Of a stretch of DNA of 64,000 bases, positions 24,346 to 38,125 are shown piece after piece. Each line of letters opens with the position of its first letter. Position 1 is the stretch's first letter. Location: the NCBI RefSeq assembly GCF_009834535.1, contig NC_045698.1, forward strand, positions 7,752,001 to 7,816,000, read 5' to 3'. The stretch is from Camelus ferus (lineage: Eukaryota). A program made the position numbers and the translations under genes. The notes under the pieces were generated by a model. That model was not told where the DNA came from. It saw only the letters and a list, made by a program, of their open reading frames with translations, and did not search any database.

Positions 24346-24740
24346 TAAAGAATGAGAAAAAATTAAAAAAAAAACGAATTAAATGATTTAAAAGTTACAG
24401 CTGGTTGTAATATGAATGCATGAATGATTTCTCTGCTGGTGTACAGGTAATAATAAAATGCGAATCAGGTGTGGAACAGAAATGGAAGTCTCAGTGACAG
24501 GCTTCGAATGTGCATCATTCACAGGGAGGAAAGGGCACGCCTTCTCTCCCCTGCTGTGTTACCCCAGTTATAAACAATACAACACAGCCCAGACTATCTT
24601 AAGTTGGAAAAAACGTCCACTGGAAAGCCTGACTTGCAGTCACTTGGTGGTTTTATGTACTCTTGTGTCTCCCTGAACGCAGGTCCAGGATGTGCATTTG
24701 ACGCGTAAGACACCTGCTAGACACGTTTAGAAATCTGTTA

Positions 24741-25055
<315 letters not shown>

Positions 25056-26207
25056 TTAGTGGGGAAGGCAGACCGATTCCTCGCCTCCTGACATCGAAGT
25101 TCCGAGCATTTGAATTTGCAAAACATTTCTCCAGTCTGTCAAGAGAGATCTCGGATCTCTGTTCCGTCATCCAGGTTAACAGCGAGGAGCGCGAATGGAG
25201 ACCCAGCTCCTGCTCCCTCCAGACAGCCTGACATGGGGTAGACCTGCCTGCCTCCCCGGGTGAGGAATAAATGGTCTCTCTGAAAATCTGCTTTGGCCTG
25301 AAGACTTCATTTAAATGAAAATCTGATACTCAGAATGACCCTGAAATTGTCTATTTTTGCCTGCCCGGCTCCAGCCGTCCGGCCCTCTTTTCAACCACCT
25401 AGAAGCCTTCCAAAGGGCTTACTCACTCTTTTGTTCCTGGGACTGATCTGTGAGTGATCAGAACACCGAGAAGCAATCCTCCCTTCCACTTTGTTGCCCT
25501 TATGCTGTCCTAAGCCTCCTCCTCTGCCTCTAATGCCCCATCCCCGCTGGTCCAAGGCCTTCAGCATGACTGTCCCTGAGGATACGCACCTGGGTTGCCA
25601 TGTCCCTTAATTTCCCCTGGAATTATATTTTCCATTTAGAGCATATTCAGAATACATCCTGTTAACTAATCCTCCATTCACTTCCCATATCTGCTTAATA
25701 TATGAAAAGCATATATGCTATTTTTCATTGTGAAAATCACCAAAATACATTATGGATCATTTTGTGAATTTAGAAAGCATAAAAAAGAAAATAAAAATAG
25801 CCAATGAATCCACCCTTCTCCTTGGCTTAGAGAACTCAGGTTAAGACATCGCAGAATTTCCTTCCAGTCGTTTTTCTTTTTTAACTCAAGTTTATTTTTT
25901 ATCAAAGCAAAGTGCGAAATAGTACTGACATTATAACAAGGGAAAGCAGACACCGCCCCAGCCCTAATTCCTGCCTCACAGGGGCAGCCATTTCCAACTC
26001 CACAGGCTTTTTCTTTTTCTGATAATACCTAGGCTTCTAAGGGACCCAAGGCTCTACAAAGAATCACTGCAAATATAAATAGATGAAAGTTAATGAACAA
26101 AATTTATACTCATTTCAATATTTGTGTCTTTCTTTGTCTAATTCTCATTGTTCCTATTCTAGTTGACTGGTAGGATAAAGCCAAGATTAGCAGAAGGCGA
26201 TTTTAAA

Positions 26208-26358
26208 AGCTAGTGCTTACTGTATACTTACTATGTGGCAAGATTTGCTTCACAATCCCATGGGCTGGATACTATTATGAGCCCCATTTTTACAGAGGAA
26301 GCATCTGAGCTTTAGAGAGTAAATGGATCACTCAAAGTCCAACAGTAAACAAGCAAAG
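26208..26358 (-). mobile_element. MIR SINE
   Basis: cttactatgtggcaag...tactattatgagccccatttttacagaggaagcatctgagc...ctcaaagtccaacag. Confidence 0.75.
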
Positions 26359-26374
26359 AATCATGTTAATACTA

Positions 26375-28560
26375 ACATGTGGCAGGTTGATGAATACTTG
26401 AAGCATAAAGCAAAACGGGGGGACTGAGGGGTGTGGGGGGAGGGGAGACTGTTGGCCTCACTAGTTGATGGCAGTGTGGTTGGGAAAGTGCCCTGGGAAC
26501 AGTTAATGTTGCGGCAGGGACCCGGCAGATGACAAGAAGCCAGACACTGAAGACACAGGCTAGGGCTCCCAAGTCAAGAGGAGAGCAGATGTGAGGCTGT
26601 GGGGTGGGATGGGGCTTGGCTCACGTGGGAGCAACAGAAAGTTCCTGTGACTGAAGATGAGGGGGGACCAGGAAGACAAGGAGCCTTCTGGGTGTCTAGG
26701 ACAGTTTGGGGACAGTAGAATAGAAACAGGGTGACTGGTTAAGAAGCTATTCCACTGAGAGACGGGGGGGGGGGGGATGACCCTGGCTTGGGTGGCAGCT
26801 GGTGGTGAGTCATGGGGCAGATTTGGCATCTCTGTTGCAAGGACTTGCTGATGTCTCTGCTGTTGGATGCGGGAGAGAGGAGCCAGGCCTGACCCTCATG
26901 CTGCTGGTGTGACCATGAGGACTGGGGGTGCCATTGACCGAGACTGAGGACACTGGAAGATAAATGTTTCTAGGAAGTGAGATCAATACTGCCATGTGGG
27001 ACATGTAGGGTTAGAGATGCCTGTTGGCAAAGACAGAGGATAAAGGAGAATCTGGAAATTGGAATTTCAGGAGTCATGTCAGAGCTAGAGGTAAAATTTT
27101 GGGAGTTTGGTACATAGACATCATTTAAAGCTAAAAGAAGGGATGGAAGCTTTGCACGTGAACGCAAATAGAGGAAAGCGGAGGACACAGGGCTAAGCCC
27201 TGGGTCACTCCAATATTTAGAGAAAATTCAAATGAGATGGAGAAGGAACAGAGTGAGCTGGGAGCAGAACCAGAAGGGTGTGATGTCGGGCGAGACCAGA
27301 AAAGGAGATGCATTAGGGAGCAGAAGGCTGAATGATAAGGAGGACCAAGAACAGACCACTGGTCTTGGGAAGATGGAAATCAATGTGAAGGGGACAAGAG
27401 TCCTTTCTTTGGTCAGGTTGGTAAATCTCTGACTCAGGTAGGCTCCAAAGATAGTAAGAATTGATGAAGGGGGAATGGTGAGCACAGACAGCCTTTGGCA
27501 AAGGCTTATTTATTAAGCGGAGCAGAGAAATGGGGCTTGAAGAGATAGAACAACTGGGAGGTGTTTTAATATATCACTGGGAAGAGATTGGGCATTTCGG
27601 ATGCTGATGGGAATGACTCAACATAGAGGAGGAAAAACTGGTGATGCAGGAGAGAAAGAGAAAAATTTCTTAAGAAAGGAGAGGTTGATAGGATTCAGTG
27701 AACAGTGGGGTCATTGGCCATGGAAACAGGAGGGAAGGCAGACAGGCTGAACAGCCACAGACGCAGCGAGGAGATGGGTTGATCTGGTGACGGGATGATG
27801 AGAACATCCTGTTCTGTTTTCTTACATTTTTGGGAGGGGGGTGGTGGTGAGAAGTGAGGTCATCTGCTGAGGATGAGACAGAGTTGGAGTTTAGAGGCTG
27901 GAAGAGGAGAGAGGAAGGGAGGGAAGGGGAAAGGAGAGAGGAAGAAGAGAAAGTGTGAAACGATTCTTGAGGTAAGTGGGGAGCAAGTTGATCTTGGCCA
28001 GGTGGTCCAGAGGCCAGGTGCTGAGAGGAGACTGGAGGTTTGTGGCAATGAATTCAAAATGAGAAGACTGATCACCGGGGTGGCTTGTATTCCCCCAGCC
28101 ACATTCAGCTGCTCTGGGGCAGGAATTGGGTAGATGGAAGTGGTTGGGGTTGGTCAGGAAAATAACTTGGAAGGAGACAAGGACAAGGGAGTGCAAAGGG
28201 CAGGTGGGGGAAACCCACAGAGTCTAAGGTGGGCAGAGAGGAAGGTGAAGATGTGGGGAGGGGATGGAGGGAGAAAACTAGTCAGTGGATGGAGGATCCA
28301 CAAAGCGTCACAGACTGTGGGAGTGGGGGCACTTCACAGATGCTAGGGGTTTCCTCGAGGAAGGAGAGAAGAGAACTTTCTGGAAAGAGCAGAGGAGCAA
28401 GGAGGACACCTACTCCACCTCCCAGCCTAGTGAGGTGGGGGAGGGGGTGGGAAGCAAAACGGCCACCACTTGAGAGGGCTGCAGGGGGTCGGGGGGCTGT
28501 CCTCAGATGTCAGAGCAACAAGACTGAAAACGAAGGTGTGGGTGGTAGAGATGGGGGACT
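26375..28560 (-). mobile_element. Long L2 LINE fragment including degenerate reverse transcriptase
   Basis: Minus-strand ORF pieces LNIGVTQGLALCPPLSSI (RT motif GVPQGSVLGPLLF) and YVPNSQNFTSSSD (like YADDSQIYISSPD); purine-rich plus strand typical of antisense L2. Confidence 0.85.
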
Positions 28561-31500
28561 TTAAAGGGGGAGAGGACGGGAGGGAGTAGGGAGAGGTGGA
28601 CTACTGGGGTAGATTACTGGTCATTTAGAGTCTTTGAGTGAGAAGAGTCCAGAAACAAAGGCCGACCCAGGCGTCTTGGGCAGTCAGTGGTGACGGAGGT
28701 GAGGAGGGACTAAGAGCAAAGAGCCACCACCTCCTGAGGGGAAGGTGCGAGTCGTGGGAAGAGGCAGGGGTCAGGGCGGGAGGACAGAACGGACAGTCTC
28801 TGCAGGAGCTCTGAGCATTTCCCTTCAGTCCTCCCGAGGCGAGGCCGGCGGCAAGGACAGGGGAGGGGCAATCTTCTAAAAGCACGTCAAGCATATCAGA
28901 AGTGCAAGGACCCGTGACGCAGGTATGGGAACAATTTAAAAAAGTGTTTGAAAAAGATATTCCTTTCTTTTGAAGGGAATGCTTTGTTGACAGCAAAAAT
29001 CCTTAAATATCACCAAACAGAGGCAAGTCATTTTATGTTTGTCTCACTTGCAATTTAGGTTTACTTTGGGTGGGTGGGGTTCCAGGTAGTGGCTCAGGAA
29101 GTGGTGACTTCTCTGGTCGTGAATGAGTAATGATAATCCGTATGTCATTAAAGGTAGGCAAGGTATTTCACAGTAGGAATATCGGCTAATGCCTGATGTG
29201 TTCTGAGACCCAGGAGACACCAGACGTGAACAAGGCACGACTCTCAGTCCGGTTTTACTTGGCGAGTAGCGCTGGGTTAGCCAGCATCTCACTCTTACCC
29301 AGGTGACCGGAGATGTTTGCTCGGCAGTTCAGGATTCAAGACGCTTAGATTCCGTTGGGACCACGCAAATATTTACATCCCTGGAAGTGTCAGGAGAGTG
29401 GATGTAATAATAAAACTGCTTATGAAGGAATGAACTCATAAAAAGCACCAAAAAAAGCTTTCAAATCCTTCATGAGACCCGTTTCTGAGAATGCAGACGT
29501 GTGACAGAATGAGTCTGTGCAGGTGACTTGCCTGTGGGTCGGGGGATTCGCGGACACCTGGGGATGATAAGGAGTGTGTCAGAGGCACCGAGGGGGCTGC
29601 CCGGAGCCCGACCCCTCGCTTCCGGCCAGTGATTACACGCATGCGCACAGGAACTCTGACTAGGGGATGAGGGCGGGGCTTAGGGAACAAAGCAGCGTGG
29701 AAACCCAGTTAAGGGTCTGGATTAGAGCAGTTTCCTCAGCCACAGCTTGGGAGATCCTGGAGGAGCAAGGAGAGGTAGCTGGTTATCTCCATCTCTCTTC
29801 CTCCCTTTATTGACTGATGCACAGTGAAAGGTGTGATGATCAAAACAAAGAACTCCAAAACTGCTACATTCACCTGTGCCTACAAGGGACCTCAGATTTA
29901 ATTTTGATAGCACCTACCTCCACACATAACCGGGAACAGTATAACCTTTTTTCAGTTATGCTGAATAATTACTCGAGGATGGATCTCATGACCGACCCTC
30001 TCCATCTTTCACTGAACTGAAATTTTTAGTCATTTAATGGAAAAATAAAAATTTTTCTTTCTAAAGAAGAAGAGACATGAAGGTATATTTTCTCCAGGAT
30101 AGTTACTGCAACACTCATTTCTTTCATCCAACTAGCCATGGACATACTTGTCATCTAGGAGCAACGTACAATCAATTTAATTATTCATTTATTACCACTG
30201 TCACTCAGAAAGACTTGAAAGTGGTTTACACAAACACACACAATTTGGGTACAGAGTTGTTAAATCATTATTTGCCTCTTTGATCACTATTTTTTCTTCT
30301 TGACATTTTAACTCATTATAGGCCAGAGGCTCTTCCCTGAATTCTATCTATGCTATTGAGTGCTTAACCGCAGTGCCCCTTCACATCATACCTTTGTCTT
30401 CTAGGGGTTAGAGAAGAAAGCTCAGGGAAGGAAACAGAGTGACGAATAGTCACAGGAACTAGGGTAGGGCTGTTAGCCCTTAGATGATAAAGAACTCCTT
30501 TAACGTCCATCTTTCACCTCCAGCAGAATGACCGCAAAGCTGTGCCCTTCAGCTCCAGACCCAGCCAAGCTGTCAAAAATGTGATATGAGATCTGCACCT
30601 CAAATTGCTTTTTATTTTAAACACATTAAACTTAAAACTGGAGGCTGTTAAATTGTTCCAAGTATAGGGAGATAGACATCCAAAAGAGAAGAGGAGTTCA
30701 AAGTCATTGAACTTTAAATTGCCACCAGAAATAATCTGATTTTCTTTATCTTACCCTCTTACTGTCCTTCTACCAGTTTCAGCTTCTGTGTGAAAGTTTC
30801 CGGCGTGTTTCTTTATGAAATTGTTTTATTCCCTAAAGCTACTCTTAGCCACATCAGTATTTTCAATGGTCCAGAGAATGTGAGAATCAAGGTCATGTTC
30901 TTCACAGCCTCACGACCATTATGGTCCTCATGGTTTGTCTACTTGGCGGTTGCTCTATTTCCTACAGACCTTCCCCTGAAGTACTTTGAGGTCCCTGAAT
31001 TTATAATCATCTCCATCATATATGTATATATTTATTTATCATCATAGAGATACGTATTTCTATTCTACCATCCCATAAACATCTCCAAGAAGACTGTTAC
31101 TAGAGAGATTTCCACTAACAGAGCTCAGATGAAGGTCTTTCAGACCAGTCTACACAAGGTTAGTACAACACACACTCGCCCCATAGCCTCTTATTCTGGA
31201 AACTCCGCAGGACAGTCCATTCAGATCAGCACGTGCATTTGTTAGGTCTGTGTGCAAAGGATAAGCTAAAGCTGTTTGTCAAGGCTCAAAACTGCTTTCA
31301 CTCTGGGTCTCTGTTGATGGAGAGGTCAAATTAGACAGGTGTCCGAGTCAGCCCTTCGCTCCCAGTGAGAACCCAGTCTCTCCCAATGACTGGTAAGCTC
31401 TATCTCAGTTTCTGTCCCATAAAATAAGGGCAAAAAGACTCAGTCACCTTGGGGAATTTACAACAGAGTCCTGCCTGTGCCTCAGGCTCTGAGCTTCTGT

Positions 31501-34500
31501 TTAAATTGCTCTGAGTAGGGTCTGGGCCTTGGTATTTTCAAAAGCCCCCAGGTGATGCTAGTGAACAGCCTGGCTGGGCACTTGGAGGTTCTCTGCAACA
31601 GTGGCTGGTGGAGACTAACAGGGATACAGAATACATTTTAAAGGGCTAAATCCTAGGAGACCCGACGGTCTCTGACTCTATTTGGGAAAGTCAAATAAGG
31701 CATTCTCAAGGCTGACATCTACAGGAACAAAAACTGGTGTAACCTCAGAGCAGAGGGACCCTAACCCTAACCCCTGCCCCCCACTGAGCCCCAGTCATGC
31801 CTGATTACCCAGCCAGCACCACGTGATTCGATTTCACAGTCTACACCTTTGACCAGGCAGCTCCACGACCAGATACAGCAACTTCTCTGTTTCTGCCTGT
31901 CACATCTTCCTCCTCCTGCTCAGTTTTGTGCTAGGTAAACAGGAGGCAGGCCGCACGTGTTCATTAAGTCACTATTGCTAAATGAATTCTACCTCTGAGG
32001 TTTGGGAAAGCTTTCAGCAACGCTGCTACAGTTTTCTTTGTCAGCTATGAACAAAATGCTATGACATCACACTTCGGTCTGTTGCAAGCTTATCTGTCTG
32101 CCCAGCTGTGAGGCAGGGCTGGGCTTGTTTACTTCCAAAGGCCTGGTCTCTAGCACCGTACCTGCAACATGGAGGTGCCTGATACACGCCGGTCAGATTC
32201 AATGATTTAAGATGACTGCATTCATTATTGTAAATGCAACTGATAAGCGATGCCATTGTCTCTACTGATAACTCTACAGTTAATGAACGAAGGTTATCAG
32301 AGCCTTACAATTTTTTTTTCAGTCTAGCTTAGAGCAGCCTCCCCAGCACCACCTGCTGCAACTGGTGTATCAGCCCTTTACGACATACTCACTGCTGGGC
32401 TGCAGGCAGGGTTAGTTTAGCTAAAATGGCACCTACAAAAAAGAAAAAGAAAAGAAAAAGATAAGAGTAGCCTACGGCTTGCCTGCTCCATTTTAAATGG
32501 TAAATCCTCTCAGCTCCCCATGTTTCAATGTGAGGTATACAAAGCTGCCTCCTCTTTAACCAATCTTGTAAATAATCTCGGAGCATCATTCCACCTGCCA
32601 CATCTGGCCCTGGATCAGCGCTGATTCCACCCACAGCTCTCGGAGCGCGTACCTCGCACACCCCAGCCCTTTCACCAATCTCTACCGCTTCCTGCATCCT
32701 GCAGCTCAGGAAACATAAGCACCTGTCCACAGCAGATACACTCACTTCTCCCCAGACATGATCGTTAGCAGAGCCAGGAGAAAAGGAGGAGAAGGGGAGA
32801 CAGGCACATTTGTCATTAGATATGCTCCCATCTCCTTTAGGTGGGGTTCAGGGGCCCACACCTGCCGCTTGGTGTGGACTGTGCCCACGAGACTGAATGC
32901 ACCAGTTTCTGGAGGGGTCATCTCGTGGGAACATCACTGGGCAGGGAACACTGATGAACAGAGTCACTGCTCCGGAGAGGGAGCAGGGTGCCGTGTGTGC
33001 CAGCAGGAGGTGTGCAGAGCCTGTGGGTGTGAGGGAATGAAATGGAGCCACGTGGGAGTGTTCCCAGAATTCCTCCTCCCCCGATGGCCAGAGAGCATCC
33101 TGTCACTACCCGCAGAGCCAGGAGGGAGCCCCGCCCCCCAGGGCTGGATCAGAGGAGTGATGGGAAAGGACGTTGCCAGCTGGAAGAGGAGGGAGAAGAG
33201 ATTAGGGAGAGAACTTGTTCAGTCTGTGTAATAAAGAGCTTAGAGCAGAAGTGGAGAGGAAGAGTAAATATCTTAAGGGCTGTCTGGAGGATCTGGTGAC
33301 TAGAGAGGCTAGAGAAAAGGGGTTGAATACCGAACCCTCGTCAAGCTGCTTCAGGAGGTGATACTAACAGGGCGTGGGATTTCAGGTTACTGACGCTGTG
33401 ATCCTGAGCTCGGAAAGAGGCTCCCTTTAGTGACTAGACGACGAAGGGGTGGAAAGTGACAACGCCCGTGAATATTTACAGCTGTGATGATGAGCTAAAT
33501 GGTGAGGCTTCCACTTGCAGTTCTGCTTCCAAAGTGAGTTGTGGAAGTTTTACCTTCTATACTTCAAATTTAGATGTAACAAATCTCTTCTAATGATAAG
33601 TGACATCTCTGACTTGGACAAAAGCTTCAATAAATAATTAACCTTGAAAATGGAGAATAGTTGTTCCTTCCACTGAGGATATTAGTTGGAACCCAACATA
33701 TATACAAGGAGACCGTCCGCCAGTATGTTTTTCCTCCCTTTGAAAACAGCTCTGGAACTTCCTTCATCGGATAAGACTAAGTTGGCATCTAAACAAGAAT
33801 TTCTCAGTAGGCATAAAAAGACTATTTAGTTCTGAAGTAACAAATGCAAGTTTTTTGCGTAAGCTGTCCTTGAAGGCTCTCGGCCCATAAAGCTTGTCAA
33901 TTCTCATTTGCTTTGAGTGACTTGAGATGCAGAGGAAGTGTGCTGAAAATCCTTGGGGCTTTGAGCAACTCAAGTTCATCCACTTATTCAACCTAGAACA
34001 CTTACAGCTTGTACCTGCCGTCACCAACGGGACCGTGTCAGGAGCCTGTTTTTCAAATAAAAGTTAAAACCTGAATTGTTGCCATCCCCTGAACCAGCGA
34101 AGACATTGCTCACTTGTGGAAAACCTGATCGCTCAAAATTGTGCCAGTCTTCCAGTCATTTTTTAGTGGAATAAACCTATCGATGTAATCACACGAAGCA
34201 GAGACAGACAGAAAAGATTCCACATTAGTGGTAATTATACAAACATCCTCCTTCCTTCAATAAAAGGTATTATAGAGAGAAAAAGACGGGAGTAGAGTAT
34301 TCAGCCTGAGTGATGGAGGACAAAGCCCGATTTTGCGTGTCACTGAAACCGCAAGTCCTCTTTGCTACCATAAAACAAGCTTGCATCTCTTTTTAAGGTA
34401 AACTGTTTGTTAAAGATTCATTAGAATTAATTCCATCAACAATTCCAAAAGCTATTAGAGTTAAATATTTAAACCAAATCTTAAGGGCCAAAGGGGAGTA

Positions 34501-35229
34501 TTTACCATTTAATGCAGAAATAAATACCACCTGGCAGGCCGGTGACGTTCATTAGCTCGTTTCAGCTCCGGTGCGTCTAATGAAATTTAATTGAATTGAT
34601 TTGGGTACTTAAAGGTACAGTACACGTAAGGGTGAGAGTCTTCTGTGGTACCGTCTTTTAAAAGCAAATATTGAGTAAATCCATTTCAGGAATTCAATTT
34701 ACTGCCATTGGACTAATTCTAAAAAACTGATGTCACTGAGAAGATTTGACAAATTGGAGGAAACTGATACAATTTGGTCGAAGAACGTATACCATTGTGA
34801 ACTACTGGTACCAAACAGAATGCAGAAAGCCACTGGGGAAATGGACCTGAGACCAGCTCAGGCCTTCTGTTTCCCTGGTGTCACTCTGGTGGCCTTAAAA
34901 CCAAGCTCTGCAGTGGACGACGTTTAACAATGGCCTCTGTGCTCTAATCAGTGCTGCAAAGTTAAATTTGGGGTGAAACTGAACCAAGTCCAGTCTTCAG
35001 GTTTACAAATCCAAGTCTGGCTTCTAGTACTGAAGACATTCCGACATATGAAAAGCCAGGTATTTTAGATCTATATCCATCAGTGGCCAACAAGTTCAAA
35101 GCTCACCCTGGGTCCCAGTCGCAAAATCTGCACACCCTACGCTGCTTCTGAATGTCTCAGACCATGGAAATGGAAGCAGAACCACTGAATGTGCCCTCTG
35201 TTAAGCTTAAACTCTGGGGTGGCTATGTT

Positions 35230-37060
35230 GTTGGATTTGTTTAATAAACGTTAAAAAGTACCTAGCACTGTGCTGAGCACAGGGCAATGAGAACAGAGAG
35301 TCAGGTAGGAATGGCTCCTGAGGGGAAGGTAAAGGGGAGGTGGGTATTTAAAATAGGATTACATTACATCACATCACATTTCTGGTAAGAGCCATGAAGC
35401 AAATGTACAGGTTATTATGAAGGATTTTTACTAGCCTTAGAGAGATGGAGAGGCTGGTTCCTTTGAGGAAGTGACAGTTAAACTGAGATGGAAATAACCA
35501 GGCTTGGTGGGAGAGAAGGGACGGCATTCTTGGCTGAGGAATGAACCTTTGCCCGTGCCATGCAAAGGCACTGAGGTTGACACTCTCGTGCCTGCAAGGA
35601 AGAGCAGGGGGAACTAGGAGGCCAATGTGGCTGAAACAATGTGATTGAGGGAGGTGAGCTTAGAGAGGTGTGTCGGGCTCTACCTTGAGAGGAATTGGAA
35701 GCTACTGAGGAATTTTAATCAGGAGACTGACATGGTTAGATCTGGATTTTTTAAGAGTGTGTTCTGAATGCTTAAGGGAAAAGAGACTGAGGCTGGTGAA
35801 GGAGGTTCCGTAAAACCAATCAGGCAGCAATTGCTCTAGGACTAGGGGCAGGTGATGGTGACAATGAAGATGGGGGAGGAAACTGGATTTGAGAGATATT
35901 CAGACAATAGAATCCACAGGGCTTGGTGCTAAATGTAGTGAGATCAGGAAGAGGAAGGTATGAATTGGGTAACTCCTGGATTTCTGGAAAGAACCACTGG
36001 GCGGACTAGGTGCTGTTTACTGAGATGGGCAACAATGGAGGGAGGATGGATTTGAGGAAGATACTGAGAGCTACATGTTAGATGCGTGGGCTGTCAGAGC
36101 CTGTGAGCTATTTCAGTGGAGATGTCGCATTGGTAGTTGTGTATGTATAAGCTTAGAGTTCAGGAGTGAGGACCACACAGAGAAGTAAATGCAGATGCCA
36201 GTGGCCTTCAAATGTACTTAAAAGCCATAGGGCAGATGAGATCATCTCCACTAGAGGATATAGGGAGAAAAGCAAAGTTGCGTCAGGGAAGACCAGGAGT
36301 CTGCAAAGAAGACTGAGATGGAGTCTTGCAAGGTCAGAGAAAACCCGGGGGAGAGCGGTAGCTGAGAAGCCTGGAGGAGATCATGTAAGGGAGGAGGATG
36401 TGGCCAGGACTGCTAACTGGTCTCCCAAGTTCATTTCCGTTTCTTCCTGGACACACACCTAGACTAAATGTCCCAACTTCCCTCGCAGTTTTGTACGGCC
36501 ATGTGATAGAGATCCAGCCAATGGACCGGGAGGTAATGCACTTGTGCTGTTGCCGAGTATGTGGCAGGTGGAATCACAGCAGAGGAAGGAGTCTGGGTTC
36601 CCTGGTGTCTCCGTGGAGAAGAGCTGACCTGCCCACATGAACACCTGACCATGATGGTTGCAGGAAAGTAACCTTCTACTGAGTTGGATCATTTGATGTT
36701 TAGGTCTCCCTGTTACAGCGGGGAGCCCTCCCTGACTAACACAGAGGATGGGAATGGCTGAACCCTGCAATTAGGAGCAATTTCAAAGGAAGTGTCAGGA
36801 CAGACGCCACATCTGACTGCAGCATGAAATGGAAAGTAGTGCATGAAACTTGAACTTTCTAGAAACTTAACTGTGAAAGGCAGAGCATGTGAGGGCAGAA
36901 AGTGGTGAGGCGGAAGATGGAAGAGGATGACTGGCGGGGGACATTGCTTTTTTTTTTCTGTAAGCTAGAAGCACAAAGAGAATGTGTATCTATCGGAAAA
37001 GAACGAACGACCAGTGGGAGAGGCTGAAACAAGAGGAAAACTGACACAGTTAGGTTCTCA
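35230..37060 (-). mobile_element. L2 LINE fragment, interrupted by an MLT1 LTR
   Basis: atttgtttaataaacg...cactgtgctgagcacagg (reversed L2 3' end), gaggaagtgacagttaaactgaga, tgtttactgagatggg, gtggagatgtc; L2-like sequence resumes after 36748. Confidence 0.8.
36399..36743 (+). mobile_element. MaLR solo LTR (MLT1I/J-like) with intact TSD
   Basis: TG...CA termini; ggccatgtga..ccagccaatgg and ggagtctgggttccctg motifs; ends ctgactaacaca; GAGGA on both sides (36394-98, 36744-48). Confidence 0.85.
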
Positions 37061-37171
37061 CTCAAAGAAAATGACTTAACAAGAAACCTGGATTATAAAT
37101 AGAAAAAAAATGTGTATTTTAGAATAGAACCAAATATAAGCATAAAATAAAATAATCAAGAAATAACTGTT

Positions 37172-38125
37172 AAGCAAACAACCCAATCCAAAAATGAGCA
37201 GAAGGACCTAAACAAGACATTCTCCAGTGAAGACATATACTTGGCCAATAAGCACATGAAAACATGCTCAATATTGGTAATGATCAGAGAAATGCAAATC
37301 AAAACTACAATGAGGTATCACTTCACACCAGTCAGAATGGCCATCATTCAATGGTCCACAAATGATAAGTGCTAGAGAGGGTGTGGAGAAAAGGGAACCC
37401 TCCTACACTGCTGGTGGGAATGTAGTTTGGTGCAGCCACTGTGGAAAACAGTATGGAGATTCCTCAAAAGTAAGAACAGACTTACCATATGATCCAGCAA
37501 TCCCACTCCTGGGCATATGTCCAGAGGGAACCTTAATTCAAAAAGACACCTGCACCCCAATGTTCATAGCAGCACTATTTACAACAGCCAAGACATGGAA
37601 ACAACCTAAATGTCTATTGACAGATGACTGGATAAAGATGTGGTATATTTATACAATTGAATACTACTCAGCCATAAAAAATTAAAAGATAATGCCATTT
37701 GCAGCACCATGGATGGACCTGGAGATGACCATACTAAGTAAGTCAGACAGAGAAAGACAAATATCATGATTATCACTTATATGTGGAATCTAAAAAAGAA
37801 GATAAATCAACTTATTGACAAAATAGAAATAGACTCACAGACATAGAAAACAAAGATGGTTACCAAAGAGGAAAGGGGCAGAGGAGGGATAAGTTAAAGG
37901 TATGGGATTAACAGATACACACTATTATATATAAAATAGATAAACAAGGACCTACTGTACAGCACAGGGAACTATATTTAATATCATGTAATAACCTATA
38001 ATAGAAAAGAATCTGAAAAAGAATATATATATATATATATACACATACATATATATAACTGAATCACTTTGCTGTACACTTGAAACTAACACAACATTGT
38101 AAATCAATTATACTTAAAACAAAAA
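37172..38125 (+). mobile_element. 5'-truncated L1 (ORF2 C-terminus plus 3'UTR)
   Basis: ORF 37362-37685 has [35 protein letters not shown]...YTIEYYSAIK (L1 ORF2 C-terminal domain), followed by an artiodactyl-type 3'UTR and A-tail. Confidence 0.95.
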
